Of a stretch of 48,636 nt of DNA, positions 18,759 to 32,000 are shown one piece after another. The position numbers and the translations under genes are program-made. The stretch comes from Thermococci archaeon. GTDB lineage: Archaea > Methanobacteriota_B > Thermococci > Thermococcales > Thermococcaceae. Below the pieces are notes generated by a model. That model searched no databases and was not told where the DNA came from. It saw nothing but the letters and a program-made list of their open reading frames with translations. Position 1 is the first letter of the stretch. Every line of letters begins with the position of its first letter. The stretch lies in the NCBI GenBank assembly GCA_013153595.1, contig JAADEC010000003.1, positions 1 through 48,636 on the forward strand, read 5' to 3'.

Positions 18759-19694
18759 TCAACCAAACACCTCCGCGAGCTTCTTGAGGCGCTCCCACTC
18801 GGCCAGCACCCAGCTCTGGAGGGTCTCCACATCCTCCTTGGTCATGTACTTAAAGCGCCCCTGAAGCTTCAGGAACTCCTCTATCGGCTTCGGATCCTTC
18901 TTCGTCGAGGGCATGTTTATCCTGTACCTGCCGTTCTCGTACTCAAACAGCGGGAAGTAAGCCGTCTGAACGGCAAGCCTGGCCAGTTCAATGCTCTTGT
19001 CGGTCGGCGAGCGCCAGCCGGTCGGGCACGGGGCAAATAGCTGAATGAAGCTCGGTCCGGGAGTCTTCTGGGCTTTCTTCAGTTTCCGCAGGAAGTCCTC
19101 GGGGTAGGCGTCGCTGGCAGTTGCCGCGTAGGGTATCCTGTGGGCTATCACAATGTCTATGACCTTCTTCTTATGCCTCCGCTCGAGGAAGTGCCTCTTT
19201 CCACCGGGAGTGTTCGTCGTCCAAGCTCCGTAGGGGGTGGAGCTTGAGCGCTGAATCCCCGTGTTCATGTAAGCCTCGTTGTCGTACATTATGTAAACCG
19301 CATCGTGGCCGCGCTCTATAAAGCCGCTCAGGGCCTGAAGTCCTATGTCGGCGGTGCCGCCGTCTCCGGCCCAGCCGACCACCATTACACCGTCCTCACC
19401 CTTGACCTTGATGCCCCTCGCCTTCAGGGCCGCCTCAACACCGCTTATAACGGCTCCCGTTGTCTCAAAAGCCGTGTGGAATAGGTTAGCGTCAAGGGTT
19501 GAGTAGGGCCACGCCCCGGCTATTATCGTGGAGCAGCAGGCAGGAATGACAACTATCGTCTTTCTCCCGTAGGCTTTCAGGACGTACCTAAGCCCCAGCG
19601 ATGCTCCGCAGCCCTGACAGGCAGTGTGGCCTGCATAGAAATGCTCCTCGAAAGGAAGTGTCAGCCTCTTCTTGATCTCATCTGGAACCTCCAC
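18759..19694 (-). CDS. vorB: 2-ketoisovalerate:ferredoxin oxidoreductase beta subunit
   Basis: [28 protein letters not shown] and CPTGW; order matches the Thermococcales porG-vorDAB-porDAB cluster. Confidence 0.9.
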   Translation of the reverse strand: MEVPDEIKKRLTLPFEEHFYAGHTACQGCGASLGLRYVLKAYGRKTIVVIPACCSTIIAGAWPYSTLDANLFHTAFETTGAVISGVEAALKARGIKVKGEDGVMVVGWAGDGGTADIGLQALSGFIERGHDAVYIMYDNEAYMNTGIQRSSSTPYGAWTTNTPGGKRHFLERRHKKKVIDIVIAHRIPYAATASDAYPEDFLRKLKKAQKTPGPSFIQLFAPCPTGWRSPTDKSIELARLAVQTAYFPLFEYENGRYRINMPSTKKDPKPIEEFLKLQGRFKYMTKEDVETLQSWVLAEWERLKKLAEVFG

Positions 19695-19698
19695 AGGA

Positions 19699-20889
19699 TC
19701 ACCCCCTCTTCAGATGGTACCACAGGATCTCTTCACTCGTCTCCCCGCCTTCCATCGCCTTCATCATGTCGCTGGCTACGTTCCTGATGTCCTTCACCGT
19801 GAAGTCTCTCCCGCCCAGTCCCACTATGTAGTTCCTCACGAGGGGATGAGCGTCGGTTCCGTACAGAGCCGCCTTCGTCTCGGTGAATAGTATCCCCTCC
19901 ATGCCGAACGAGTAGTTCCTGTCAAGAACGGCTATACCGTCGACGGTCTTCGCCAGCTCGTAAAGCTCCCGCTTGGGGAACGGCCTGAACCAGCGAACCT
20001 TGGCCGCCCCAACCCTGTAGCCTTCCTCTCTGAGCACATCAACCGCCTGTTTGACAGTTCCCATGAGGGAACCGAGTCCGAGGAAGACGAAGTCTGCATC
20101 CTCTGTGCGGTAGAGCTCTATCATGCTGCCGTAGTCCCTTCCAAAGCGTTCTCCGAACTCCTTCCCCACGTCCCTGATGACCTTAACGGCGTCCTCCATG
20201 GCCCGGGCTATCTTGTAGCGGAACTCGTAGTAATCGTCAGGGGTTCCAAGCGCGCCCACCGAGAAAGGTCTGCTGAAGTCGGCAAGATCATAGAGCGGCT
20301 CTCTTGGCGGTAGAAACTCATCCACAAGCTTCTGAGGGATCATCTCAACCACATCGTAAGTGTGGCTGAGTATGAAGGCACTTTCAACGACCATGGCGGG
20401 AAGGTTCACCTGCTCGGCCACCTTAAACGCCATGAGCACGCCGTCGTAAACCTCCTGGTTGTTCTCGGCGTAGAACTGCATCCATCCGGTATCGCGCTGG
20501 GCCAGGCTGTCTGTCTGGTCGTCCCAGACGCTCCACGGGGGAGCCATGGCCCTGTTGACGTCAACCATCACTATGGGGAGCCTCGCACCGCTCGCCCAGT
20601 GGAGCATCTCGTGCATCAAAGCAAGCCCCTGGGCGGATGTGGCGGTAAACGCCCTTGCTCCCGTTGCGCTCGCACCTATACAGGCGGCCATGGCCGAGTG
20701 TTCGCTCTCAACGGGGACGTACTGGATATCCGCCTCACCGTTGGCTATGAACTCGGCGATCTTCTCTATGATGCTGGTCTGGGGGGTTATCGGGTAGGCG
20801 GCAACGACCTGAACCCGGGCATCCCTTGCAGCGTAGGCCGCCGCGTAGTTACCGCTGATGACCTTTCTTATTGGTTCGTACCCGCTCAT
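19699..20889 (-). CDS. vorA: 2-ketoisovalerate:ferredoxin oxidoreductase alpha subunit
   Basis: AYPITPQT, VESEHSA, TATSAQGL and GLGGRD motifs. Confidence 0.9.
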   Translation of the reverse strand: MSGYEPIRKVISGNYAAAYAARDARVQVVAAYPITPQTSIIEKIAEFIANGEADIQYVPVESEHSAMAACIGASATGARAFTATSAQGLALMHEMLHWASGARLPIVMVDVNRAMAPPWSVWDDQTDSLAQRDTGWMQFYAENNQEVYDGVLMAFKVAEQVNLPAMVVESAFILSHTYDVVEMIPQKLVDEFLPPREPLYDLADFSRPFSVGALGTPDDYYEFRYKIARAMEDAVKVIRDVGKEFGERFGRDYGSMIELYRTEDADFVFLGLGSLMGTVKQAVDVLREEGYRVGAAKVRWFRPFPKRELYELAKTVDGIAVLDRNYSFGMEGILFTETKAALYGTDAHPLVRNYIVGLGGRDFTVKDIRNVASDMMKAMEGGETSEEILWYHLKRG

Positions 20890-20890
20890 G

Positions 20891-21214
20891 TCACTTCTCC
20901 TCCTTCTCCATTGTTATCGCTTTTGTCGGGCACTCGTTGGCGCAGATCCCGCAGCCCTTACAGTAGTCGTAGTCTATGCCCACGTAGCCGTCCTCGCGGA
21001 TGTAGATGGCGGGCTCCGGGCAGAACTTCCAGCATATGTAGCACTTAACGCACTTACCATCATCTATAACGGGAATGAAGGTGCGCCAGTCGCCCGTGAA
21101 GTTGCTCAAGGTGGTTCCGAGACTCACTGGAGCTTCTGGATACTCATCCACTGATTTCAGTGAGATCTTCCTGGCCGAGTTCTTCTGCTCAAACAGAGTT
21201 TCCAATGTCATCAC
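20891..21214 (-). CDS. vorD: 2-ketoisovalerate:ferredoxin oxidoreductase delta subunit
   Basis: TGDWR, CVKCYICWKFCP and CKGCGICANECP motifs. Confidence 0.9.
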   Translation of the reverse strand: MMTLETLFEQKNSARKISLKSVDEYPEAPVSLGTTLSNFTGDWRTFIPVIDDGKCVKCYICWKFCPEPAIYIREDGYVGIDYDYCKGCGICANECPTKAITMEKEEK

Positions 21215-21252
21215 CTCACGAAAGTTCCTGAACTTATTAAAGCGTTAAAGAA

Positions 21253-21810
21253 TCAGAGCTCGTATACCTGAGTCTTATTGTAGGCTTCCTCGGCAGCCCT
21301 TGCGTTCTTTTCTCCCAGAGATCCCGAGAACACCTCCTTTATGGCGTCCTGAACGCTCTCAAGTTTAACGAGTCCCGTGGCCTTGGCCACAGCCCCAAGT
21401 ATCGAGGTGTTCGTTATGGGCAGGCCGAGAACCTCAAGGGCTATGGTGGTTGCATCAACGAGGGCAAGCTTCGCAGGCTTCTTCTTGAGCTTGCTGAGTA
21501 TCTCCTCCTTGCTCTTCTCGGTGTTCACTATCACCGTTCCCCCGTCCTTCAGGCCTGCCGTGACGTCCACAGTGTCCAGGAGAGACGGGTCAAGGACCAC
21601 CACGATATCGGGCTCGTATATCTGGGTCTTTATCCTTATCGGCCTCTCGTCTATCCTTGTGAACGCCGTAACGGGAGCTCCACGTCTTTCAACCCCAAAG
21701 AACGGAAAAGCCTGGACGTACTTTCCCTCTTTGAAAGCCGATGACGCCAGTATGTTGGCGGCAGTAACTGCACCCTGTCCACCCCGACCGTGAAAACGTA
21801 CCTCTATCAT
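21253..21810 (-). CDS. porG: shared POR/VOR gamma subunit
   Basis: [17 protein letters not shown] and [13 protein letters not shown] motifs. Confidence 0.95.
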   Translation of the reverse strand: MIEVRFHGRGGQGAVTAANILASSAFKEGKYVQAFPFFGVERRGAPVTAFTRIDERPIRIKTQIYEPDIVVVLDPSLLDTVDVTAGLKDGGTVIVNTEKSKEEILSKLKKKPAKLALVDATTIALEVLGLPITNTSILGAVAKATGLVKLESVQDAIKEVFSGSLGEKNARAAEEAYNKTQVYEL

Positions 21811-21943
21811 CTTTCTGCCTCCTCAATGGTTTTTCGGTGAATGTTGGAGCAGTTCATTTATTTATGTTTCGGTAATCGGCCGTACCCCCTTTTAGCGGCC
21901 TCTATGGACAGCGATGAACATGAAAAAGCCCCAGTAGTACGAT

Positions 21944-22546
21944 GTGTCCCGGCAATCCATAGAAAGTGCATCCGCAACTTTTTATAACCGATGTCCGATA
22001 AGAACCTCGGTGAGAATAACGGAGGATGACTTCCTGCTCAGGGTTCATGAACTGTGGAACTCAATATGGGACGGGGTCTTCAGACTTAACTCCAGACTGC
22101 GCAGGGAACTTGAAGGGGAGGGATTCAGGGTAGGGGACGTTGAGCCCATGTTCAACGGATACGTAAAGCTCGGGGGCAGGTGGAGGATGATGAAGTACCC
22201 GTTCCCGGGTTTCGAGGTCAGCCCCGGGATGGAGGTGGGGGCCACCCTTCAGGGCTACTACTTCGTCGTTGCGGTTCCTGTTGAGAGGCTCAAAAGAGAA
22301 CTCGTGGAGAGCTTCCTCTCGCTGCCGGGGGAGCAGTTCATATACGGGGCCGTGAACTTCCTCAGGGACTTCTACGAGCCATCGGCGGGGTTAGAGGAGG
22401 ACCTCGATTCGGTGCTCGTGAAGATCAGAACCAGCGGAGAGGATGTCGTTCAGATGGAATCAGACTTCAAAACACCTGAAGAGCTGGAGAGCAGTCTCTT
22501 AAGGTTCATCCCGGTGTGCAGGAAGTTCGGGGTTTTCAGAACCTGA
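21944..22546 (+). CDS. conserved hypothetical protein (DUF3201-like)
   Basis: Native codon style; 'MKYPFPGFEV' and 'IYGAVNFLRDFY'; real start probably near GTG 22009. Confidence 0.6.
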   Translation: MSRQSIESASATFYNRCPIRTSVRITEDDFLLRVHELWNSIWDGVFRLNSRLRRELEGEGFRVGDVEPMFNGYVKLGGRWRMMKYPFPGFEVSPGMEVGATLQGYYFVVAVPVERLKRELVESFLSLPGEQFIYGAVNFLRDFYEPSAGLEEDLDSVLVKIRTSGEDVVQMESDFKTPEELESSLLRFIPVCRKFGVFRT

Positions 22547-22559
22547 AAGCGGTGATAGA

Positions 22560-23576
22560 ATGGAGTGGAAGAAATGGGTCCCTTTAGCGACGGGCGTGGG
22601 GATGCTGATCGCTCTAATAATCTGGGCGGGTGCAGAGGGGGTATGGAGAATACTCCAGATGGTCAATCCCATCTACCTCTCCCTGGCCGTTCTGATGTAT
22701 GTCTTCGGAACCTTAGCGTGGGGGCTCAGGTGGCACGTCCTGATGAGGGGGCTCGGGATAGACATAAAGTTCAGGCACACCCTCGTGGCCCTTCTGATAG
22801 GCATATTCGTGAACAACATGACCCCCGGGGCCAGGGGGGGCGGTGAGCCGGTCAGGATGTACTACGTATCAAAGAAGGCCGAGCACGGCTACGGACCCGT
22901 ATTTGCGACCGTCATGGGAGACAGGATACTTGACTTCATACCCATAGCGGTCATGATGGTCATATCCATGGTGTGCGTCTACGACATGGGACAGAGGGCC
23001 CTCACGCTCATACTCCTCATAATAAACATCGGGATATTCGCGGGTGTTGCCTTCGGGACGGCGGTTATGCTGAACGACGTGTGGATGCAGAAGATACTCG
23101 TGTGGCTCTTCAAAGCCGTTTCAAGGATACTCCCATCCCGGATGCAGAAGTACGAGGAGAGATTCCTGAGGGGGGTGGAGGAGCAGGTTCCCCAGTTCAG
23201 CAGGGGGATGAAGCTCCTTCTCAGGGACAAGAAAACGTTCGCACTGGCTCTCTTCTTCTCCTTCCTATCCTGGACGTTCGTGATACTCCGCGTCTACTTC
23301 ATATTCCTGAGCATGGGCATGAGCATAAGCGCCGTGGCCGTCATGGTGGTTCAGATGGTCGGGACGGCCGTCGGTCTGATCAGCATAATACCCGGAGGAG
23401 CGGGACTGACGGCCGCGACCATGTCGGGCGTTTACATGCTGTTCGGCATACACAAGAGCCTCGCAGTTACGGCCTCCATAGTGGACAGGCTCATCTCGTT
23501 CTGGATCCCAACGTTCATAGGATCGGCGCTGACTTTTCGGTTCAGTTCCGGGGCCGGAAAGAAGGCGGACGGCTGA
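22560..23576 (+). CDS. UPF0104 / lysylphosphatidylglycerol-synthase-TM-like flippase membrane protein
   Basis: Multiple TM helices; LRWHVL, NNMTPGARGGGEPVR, DRILD, IPGGAG and DRLISFW motifs. Confidence 0.85.
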   Translation: MEWKKWVPLATGVGMLIALIIWAGAEGVWRILQMVNPIYLSLAVLMYVFGTLAWGLRWHVLMRGLGIDIKFRHTLVALLIGIFVNNMTPGARGGGEPVRMYYVSKKAEHGYGPVFATVMGDRILDFIPIAVMMVISMVCVYDMGQRALTLILLIINIGIFAGVAFGTAVMLNDVWMQKILVWLFKAVSRILPSRMQKYEERFLRGVEEQVPQFSRGMKLLLRDKKTFALALFFSFLSWTFVILRVYFIFLSMGMSISAVAVMVVQMVGTAVGLISIIPGGAGLTAATMSGVYMLFGIHKSLAVTASIVDRLISFWIPTFIGSALTFRFSSGAGKKADG

Positions 23577-23656
23577 GAACTGCGGGCAAGCTAAAGCGGA
23601 TGAGCAAAGACAACTCAAAAGGAAAATTTTTAAAAAATTACCGCGAACGGTAGAGC

Positions 23657-24511
23657 ATGAAAAGAAGTCCTAAGTTCGGAATAGTCTCCAGGAGGGACAA
23701 GGAGGAGGCAATAAAGCTTGCCTATAAGGTCTATGACTTCCTGAAGGTCAGCGGGTACGACGTCGTCGTGGACTGCGAAACGTACGACAGGTCGAGATCC
23801 CATCCGTTTGATGAGAGGGACAGGGTGCCGCTTGAGGAATTCGACGTTGATTTCATAATAGCCATCGGCGGGGACGGAACCATACTGCGTATAGAACACA
23901 AGACGAAACGCGAGATACCCATACTCAGCATAAACATGGGAAGTTTGGGCTTTCTAACCGAAGTTGAACCCCATGAAACGTTCTTTGCTCTAAGCAAGCT
24001 GCTCGATGGGGATTACTTCATCGACGAGCGCATAAAACTCAGGACTTACCTGAACGGAGAGAACACGGTCCCGGATGCCCTGAACGAGGACGCCATCCTG
24101 ACGGGCATACCTGGGAAGATAGTGCACCTCAAGTACTACGTGGACGACGGACTCGCCGACGACATCAGGGCGGACGGCCTCATAGTCGCCACCCCAACGG
24201 GCTCGACCGGATACGCCATGTCCGCGGGAGGTCCCTTCGTGGATCCGCGCATAGATGCGCTCGTAATAGCCCCCCTCGCTCCCATACGGCTGAACTCAAG
24301 GCCCATGATAGTCCCCGCGTTCTCCAAGATCCTCGTGCGCAACGAGACCTGTAAGAGGAAGCTGATCCTTGCCATAGACGGGCAGTTCTACACCACCCTC
24401 GATCCCAGCACGGAGATAGAGATAGTCAAATCACCGCGGAGGACGAAGTTCGTCAGGTTTTCAAAGGAGTTCTATCCGAAGTACCCGATAAAGCTGAAAG
24501 AGAGGTTTTAA
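23657..24511 (+). CDS. nadK: NAD(+) kinase
   Basis: [21 protein letters not shown] and [22 protein letters not shown] motifs. Confidence 0.95.
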   Translation: MKRSPKFGIVSRRDKEEAIKLAYKVYDFLKVSGYDVVVDCETYDRSRSHPFDERDRVPLEEFDVDFIIAIGGDGTILRIEHKTKREIPILSINMGSLGFLTEVEPHETFFALSKLLDGDYFIDERIKLRTYLNGENTVPDALNEDAILTGIPGKIVHLKYYVDDGLADDIRADGLIVATPTGSTGYAMSAGGPFVDPRIDALVIAPLAPIRLNSRPMIVPAFSKILVRNETCKRKLILAIDGQFYTTLDPSTEIEIVKSPRRTKFVRFSKEFYPKYPIKLKERF

Positions 24512-24639
24512 ACGGCTAATGGCTCACGGCCCGCGGCCCGCAGCTCAGAAGCATCCAACGAACGAAAACCCTTAAATGATCAAGGAGCTTAACATCGCCC
24601 AAGTCGAAAGTCGAAGAACCACCCAGCGGGTGACACGAA

Positions 24640-25650
24640 GTGGAGAAAAAGGTTATTGTGGCTGTTCCTGTTGTCTGTCTTATGGTTGCGGCCCTGCTGG
24701 CAGTGCCAGAGGTTGCGGGGGAAACAGGGAAGCCGCCGCAGGGCATATTCCTCATCAACTTCACCGTGACCGTTTACGGTGATCTCTCCGCCTCCATCAG
24801 CATCTCCGCAAAGCTCGCGGACAGGAACTACATAAAGGAGTTCTCAAACGATACGAATGGAAGGAAGGAGTTCAGTGAGATGGTCCTTCAGCTGGTCTAC
24901 GAAAACCTCGCGATGGACATAAAGGCGCGGGGTGGGGAGGCGGAACTGCGGGAGCTTGCGGTTCTCCCCAACTGGAGCGCCAGCCTCGTGGTCTACGTAC
25001 CCGACTTCCTGAAGAGGTCGGACGGAAAGGTGAGGTGCCCATACTCGGGAACCCTCAACTTCGTTTACGCGAACCGCGTCTTCGGGTACACGTGGGACAG
25101 GTTCACCCTGATACTTCCGAGCAACATGACCGGCGTCTTCGTGTTTCCGCAACCGAACGAGAGAAAGGCCAACGTCTTCATATGGAGGAACGGGGACTTC
25201 ATCCCCCTGATAGAGGCGAGCGTTCCTGGTTTCACCCCCGAGAAGATCAGCATCGCGTACAGGGATGGGATTAAAACGTTCAGAGCAACGTTCAGGGGCA
25301 ACTTCACGAACTCAACGATAGGGAATATACTCGAAAGGCTCAGGAGCTCCGGAGCCCGCAACGTGAGCTGGAGTCTCGGGGAAAACGGGACAGTGCTAAC
25401 CATCAGCGGCACAATGAGCAGAAACGCCAGCATTCCCTACAGCTTTAGAGAAACAGCAACATCGGTTAATTCCAGCTCCACTGGGGTCAGCGGAAAAAAA
25501 GGAGAGGGGAGAAACGCGAAGCTGATCGGTGCTGTGGTGGCCTCCTGTGCGGTGGCCTGTGTCCTGATCATCATGCTGAAGCGGCGAAGCGGAAGGAACG
25601 TAGATGTGGATGGAAATGAGAAGGGAAAGAAAAAGAAAGAAGGGAGGTGA
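24640..25650 (+). CDS. hypothetical secreted, C-terminally anchored surface glycoprotein
   Basis: Signal peptide, about 10 N-x-S/T sequons, Ser/Thr linker, C-terminal TM helix followed by KRR. Confidence 0.7.
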   Translation: MEKKVIVAVPVVCLMVAALLAVPEVAGETGKPPQGIFLINFTVTVYGDLSASISISAKLADRNYIKEFSNDTNGRKEFSEMVLQLVYENLAMDIKARGGEAELRELAVLPNWSASLVVYVPDFLKRSDGKVRCPYSGTLNFVYANRVFGYTWDRFTLILPSNMTGVFVFPQPNERKANVFIWRNGDFIPLIEASVPGFTPEKISIAYRDGIKTFRATFRGNFTNSTIGNILERLRSSGARNVSWSLGENGTVLTISGTMSRNASIPYSFRETATSVNSSSTGVSGKKGEGRNAKLIGAVVASCAVACVLIIMLKRRSGRNVDVDGNEKGKKKKEGR

Positions 25651-25654
25651 CACC

Positions 25655-26995
25655 GTGGAGGACTCCAGCCTCGATGCGTTTTTCTACCCTTCAAGCGTCG
25701 CGATCTTCGGCTCATTCAGACGGGGCGCCATAGCCAGGGAGATCCTCAGGAACATCGTGGAGGGAGGTTTTAATGGAAGGGTGATCCCCGTCAATCCAAA
25801 GGGCGGGACGGTTGAAGTGGCCGGGAGGAGGTTCAGAGTTCGCACCCGCCTGGAAGAGCCCGTCGACGTGGCGGTGATAGCGGTTCCGGCGGGTGTGGTG
25901 CCCGGGCTTATCGACGAAATCGGCAGCCTCATCCGCGGGGCCGTGGTCATAAGCGCCGGCTTCTCGGAGGTCGGAAACGCTGCCCTCGAACGCGAACTCG
26001 TTGAGAAGGCCAAAAAACACGGTGTCCGCGTCATCGGACCCAACTGTGCGGGCGTATTCGGCGTCCACGGAAGGTTCTTTGGTTCGTTCGAGGTTCGCGT
26101 CAGGCCTGGGGGGCTGGCTCTGATAAGTCAGAGCGGGGCCTTCGGGGGTGCGGCTCTTGCGATGGGCAACGACGAAAGGATAGGGTTCTCAGCCTTCGTC
26201 TCGTATGGAAACGCCTCCGATCTGAACGAAAGCGACTTTCTTGAGTACTTCGCAGAGGACGAGAACACGAGGGTCATAGCCCTCTACATCGAGGGCGTGA
26301 AGGATGGGAGAAGGTTCCTCAGGGCGCTGAGATACGCCGCTGAACGGAAACCCGTCGTGATCCTCAAGGCCGGAAAGAGCGCGAGCGGTGCCAGAGCCGC
26401 GGCTTCGCACACAGGCTCGCTCGCCGGAAGCTACGAAATCTACAGGGCGGCGTTCAAACAGGCCGGGGCCATTGAAGTGGAGGAGATGGAGGAGCTGTTC
26501 GACGCGGCCAAGGCCTTTGAGATGTACCCCCTGGCCGGAAAACGCGTTGCGGTCATCACCAACTCGGGCGGGCCGGGAGTTCTGGCGACCGACAAGCTCG
26601 AGAGACTCGGCCTTGAGATCGCGAAGCTGAGCGAAGAGACCGTTGAAGAGCTGCGGTCATTCCTCCCACCACAGTGTTCGGTCAGGAACCCGATCGATCT
26701 GATAGCAGACGCCGACTACGAGAGGTACAGGAGAACGATCGAGATCGTCTGCAGGGACGGTAACGTTGACTCCCTCTTAGTTATCTGCGTACCGCCCATA
26801 TTCGTTCCAAGCGAAGAGGTGGCGAGGGCGGTGGTGGAGGCCAAGTGCGACAAGCCCGTAGTGGTCAACTTCATGGCGGGTGAACTCGTCAGGGACGGCG
26901 TTGAGCTGCTTGAGAGGCACGGAATAAAGAACTTCCCCACCCCCGAGAGGGCGGCGAGAGCCCTGATGTGGCTGAGCGGGCGTCAAACTTTTTAA
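25655..26995 (+). CDS. ADP-forming acyl-CoA synthetase (acetate--CoA ligase family) alpha subunit
   Basis: FFYPSSVAIFG, IGPNCAG, SQSGAFG, phospho-His AASHTGSLAG, TNSGGPG and NPIDL motifs; RBS GGAGGTGA before GTG 25655. Confidence 0.92.
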   Translation: MEDSSLDAFFYPSSVAIFGSFRRGAIAREILRNIVEGGFNGRVIPVNPKGGTVEVAGRRFRVRTRLEEPVDVAVIAVPAGVVPGLIDEIGSLIRGAVVISAGFSEVGNAALERELVEKAKKHGVRVIGPNCAGVFGVHGRFFGSFEVRVRPGGLALISQSGAFGGAALAMGNDERIGFSAFVSYGNASDLNESDFLEYFAEDENTRVIALYIEGVKDGRRFLRALRYAAERKPVVILKAGKSASGARAAASHTGSLAGSYEIYRAAFKQAGAIEVEEMEELFDAAKAFEMYPLAGKRVAVITNSGGPGVLATDKLERLGLEIAKLSEETVEELRSFLPPQCSVRNPIDLIADADYERYRRTIEIVCRDGNVDSLLVICVPPIFVPSEEVARAVVEAKCDKPVVVNFMAGELVRDGVELLERHGIKNFPTPERAARALMWLSGRQTF

Positions 26996-27001
26996 ATTTG
27001 A

Positions 27002-29072
<2,071 letters not shown>

Positions 29073-29077
29073 CTGAT

Positions 29078-32000
29078 TCACTTAAAAAACTTATCCAGGC
29101 CGGCGTCCTTCTTCTTTCCCTTCCCCCTCCCCCTTCTGGGCCCGCTGCTCCGTCCCTCCTTCTCCCTCTCTCGCTCCCGTCCCTTTTCGGTCTTGGGCAG
29201 ATCGAGGGTCTTAACCCTCTTCACGTTTCCAACCTTCTTCCCGTTACCCCCTCCGCTCACAGTTTCAAGGATCCCCTTTTGCCGTTTGATCCGCCCAGTT
29301 CTTTCCTTTATCATCCTGTCGCAGACGTCGGCGGAGAAGCCCAAGAGCGTCTTCTGCCTCTCGGGAAGAACCGTCTCAAAGAGGGTCTTTATGTCCTTCT
29401 CGGTCAGACAGATCCTCTGCCTCGTGTACTCCTTAACCCGGTACTTGGTAACGAGCATCTTGGCTGTCTCGAGGTACTTCTCGACGGCTCCTTTGCTGAC
29501 CGTCAGAACGATCTTTCCGCCGCAGCGCGGGCACTTGCCCGTCAGCGGGGGCCGCCTGTACTTGGCGTTACACTTGACACAGCGAAACTCCTGTCTCGTG
29601 AAGCTCCTGAGGTTTCCCCTCAGATCGGGAATTATATGGCTGTTCAGTATGGTTTCGGCAACGTGATGCTCGTCGACCGCGCGGATGCGCTCGGCCAAAG
29701 CAAGCTGCCTTTCAACCTTCTCACTCATATCCCCAAGCTGTTTGTAGCGGCTCATCTTGGGCCCGAGGCTGATGTCATCGGTGTCGTGCGTGAACCTCAT
29801 GCCCTCGTACATCTCGGGCCTGCCGAGCCTGTCCTCGACGCGCTCGATGAACTTAATCTCCTTCGGCGATTTGAGTTCGTAGGTGGCGCTGTAGAATTCC
29901 AGAGGATAGTAGCGGACGACGTCCATGTTGTGGACCTCGCTGTCGACCTCGCGCGGGTCGAGCCTCGTGGTGACGACTAAGGGCGCGTCCATCTTCCCAC
30001 CGCGCTTCTCAGGCAGGTAGTACTTGCTGAAGTTGAGGAGGGCGTCGAGAAGGAGCATGACAGCGTCTTCATCCCCGTCACAATTTCTTCTCTTCGCCGC
30101 ATGGTAGTACGGGTGCGCGTAGCCCACGAGGACGTCGGAGAAGCCGATTATCCTGCCGATGATCCCGGCCGAGGTGTGGGGGGCGAGGCCGATGACGAGA
30201 TGGCCGATGAGGTCCTCCATCTTTTCGGCGTTGTAGAACCTCGGCAGGCCGTAGAACTTCTCGAGGAGGTCGTCTACGAAGCGCGCAACCTTGAGGAGGT
30301 ACCTCCCCGCCTCGTAGGAGAGGATTATGTCCTGAACCTTCAGCTCAACCACCTGATCATCCCGCTCGAGGGGCTTGCCCTCGAAATCGTGGGTGTAGCC
30401 GAGCTCACGGAGCTTCTCGACGCTAACCCCTATCTCCTTCGGCTTGAAGTGCGTTATCGGGGCATCCGTCGCGTCGAAGCGAATAGTGCCATCTTTGAAG
30501 ACGTAGACGTCGTTCTTGACCCTCAGGAGGCCCTTTTCGAGCGGTTCGGCCATCTTATAGCCCGACGTCATACCCTTGACGCCCTTTAACCTGTCAACGC
30601 TGTAGACACCAACCCGCTCCATCGAGGCTCTCAGGAGATCCTGCGGGTCTATCTCCCTCTGGGCGTACGGCCTGAGCTCAACATCGCATCTGGGACAGCG
30701 GAACCCAAAGCCCTCCGCCTCATCCTGCGTGTAGCTGGAGCCGCACTTCGGGCAGTTCCACAGCAGCTCCTTCCTCGTCCCGCATACCGGACAGAGGTGT
30801 TCCGGACCCTCGTGGCCACACTTCGGGCATCTGAACCATGCTATCTCAACCTTCGATTTTTTACCTTCCTCAGCGGCCTTCTTTATGTCCCTGCTCGATC
30901 CACCTGCGAGGCCTATCGGGAACAGGACCTGAACGGGCGGCTTCATCTTCCTCTCCTTGGCCTTCTCGGGCCTGCCCATCCTCGCTCCGATCCAGCTTAT
31001 TCCCCTGTCGCGGAGCTTTATTCTGTTGTTCTCGTTGATGATGTCAACGACGGTGAAGAAAGGTTTAGCTTTGAACTCCCACGTTAGGTTGCCGAGGGGC
31101 GTCATGAGGGCGGCGCTCCATGGATAGTCGACGGCTATGACCTTACTCCTGTCCTCGGTCCTCTCGAGCCTGTGCGGCAGGCCGAGCAGCTCAAGGTAAC
31201 GCTTTATCTTGGGGTCGTTTTCGAGGATCACCCTTCTCGCGAACTTGGACTTCCTGAATTCGTCCCACTCGATTTGAGCGTTGAGCAGAGCCCGCTGAAG
31301 CTCCTCAGCTTCCTCCGGCCTGAGGGTGTTCCAGTAGAGCGTGTAGTAGGGATGAAACGGAATATCTAAGACCTTCGAGAGGTGAACAGCAACCTCAACG
31401 CTTGGCTTAACACGCAGGGGATCCTTAAGGAGAGCCTCAAGGAAATCGGCGTCAACCTCGAGGTAATCCGCGGCCTCCTCAACCGCTTCGCGAGGGTTGT
31501 CGGAGAACGGCCTGAGCTCAACCTCGTAGAGGTCCTTTATCGCCTCGGTAAGCTCCTGAATCCACCATTCCTCGGCGTAGTTGGCGGGCAGGAGCGTTTG
31601 ATTGTTCTCCACGAAGTCTCCAAAGTTCACCAGCGCGTCTCCAACGTACAGAACCTCGCTTATCCTGTCCCGCACCCTGAGTGCAGTCTCGTAGTCGTCA
31701 ACCCGTATGACGCTTCCATCCCTGAGCTTGACTATCGGCCCCTCCACGGTGGTCGCAGGGGTAACGATACAGCCTTTCCCTGGCCTCTCGGTCTTCATCT
31801 GGGTTCCAATCGCTATGAACTCATCAAGGATGAGCATCGTGGCCGGGTTAACGCTCCACGTTGCAAAGCCGCTGACGCGTGAACGGCCGTAGCGCAGGCG
31901 GAAGCCGCCGTTGGTTGATGGCTCGGCGAAGAGCGGCCTGCCGCCGATTATCTCCTTTGTGTACTTCTTGTTTGGAGCTATGTTGGCCCTAAACTTCTCG

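Noticed and set aside
16720-19370. Near-identical DNA blocks in porB and vorB (and in porA/vorA, porD/vorD)
   Set aside because: Explained by paralogy of conserved TPP and Fe-S motifs; not a mobile or repeat element
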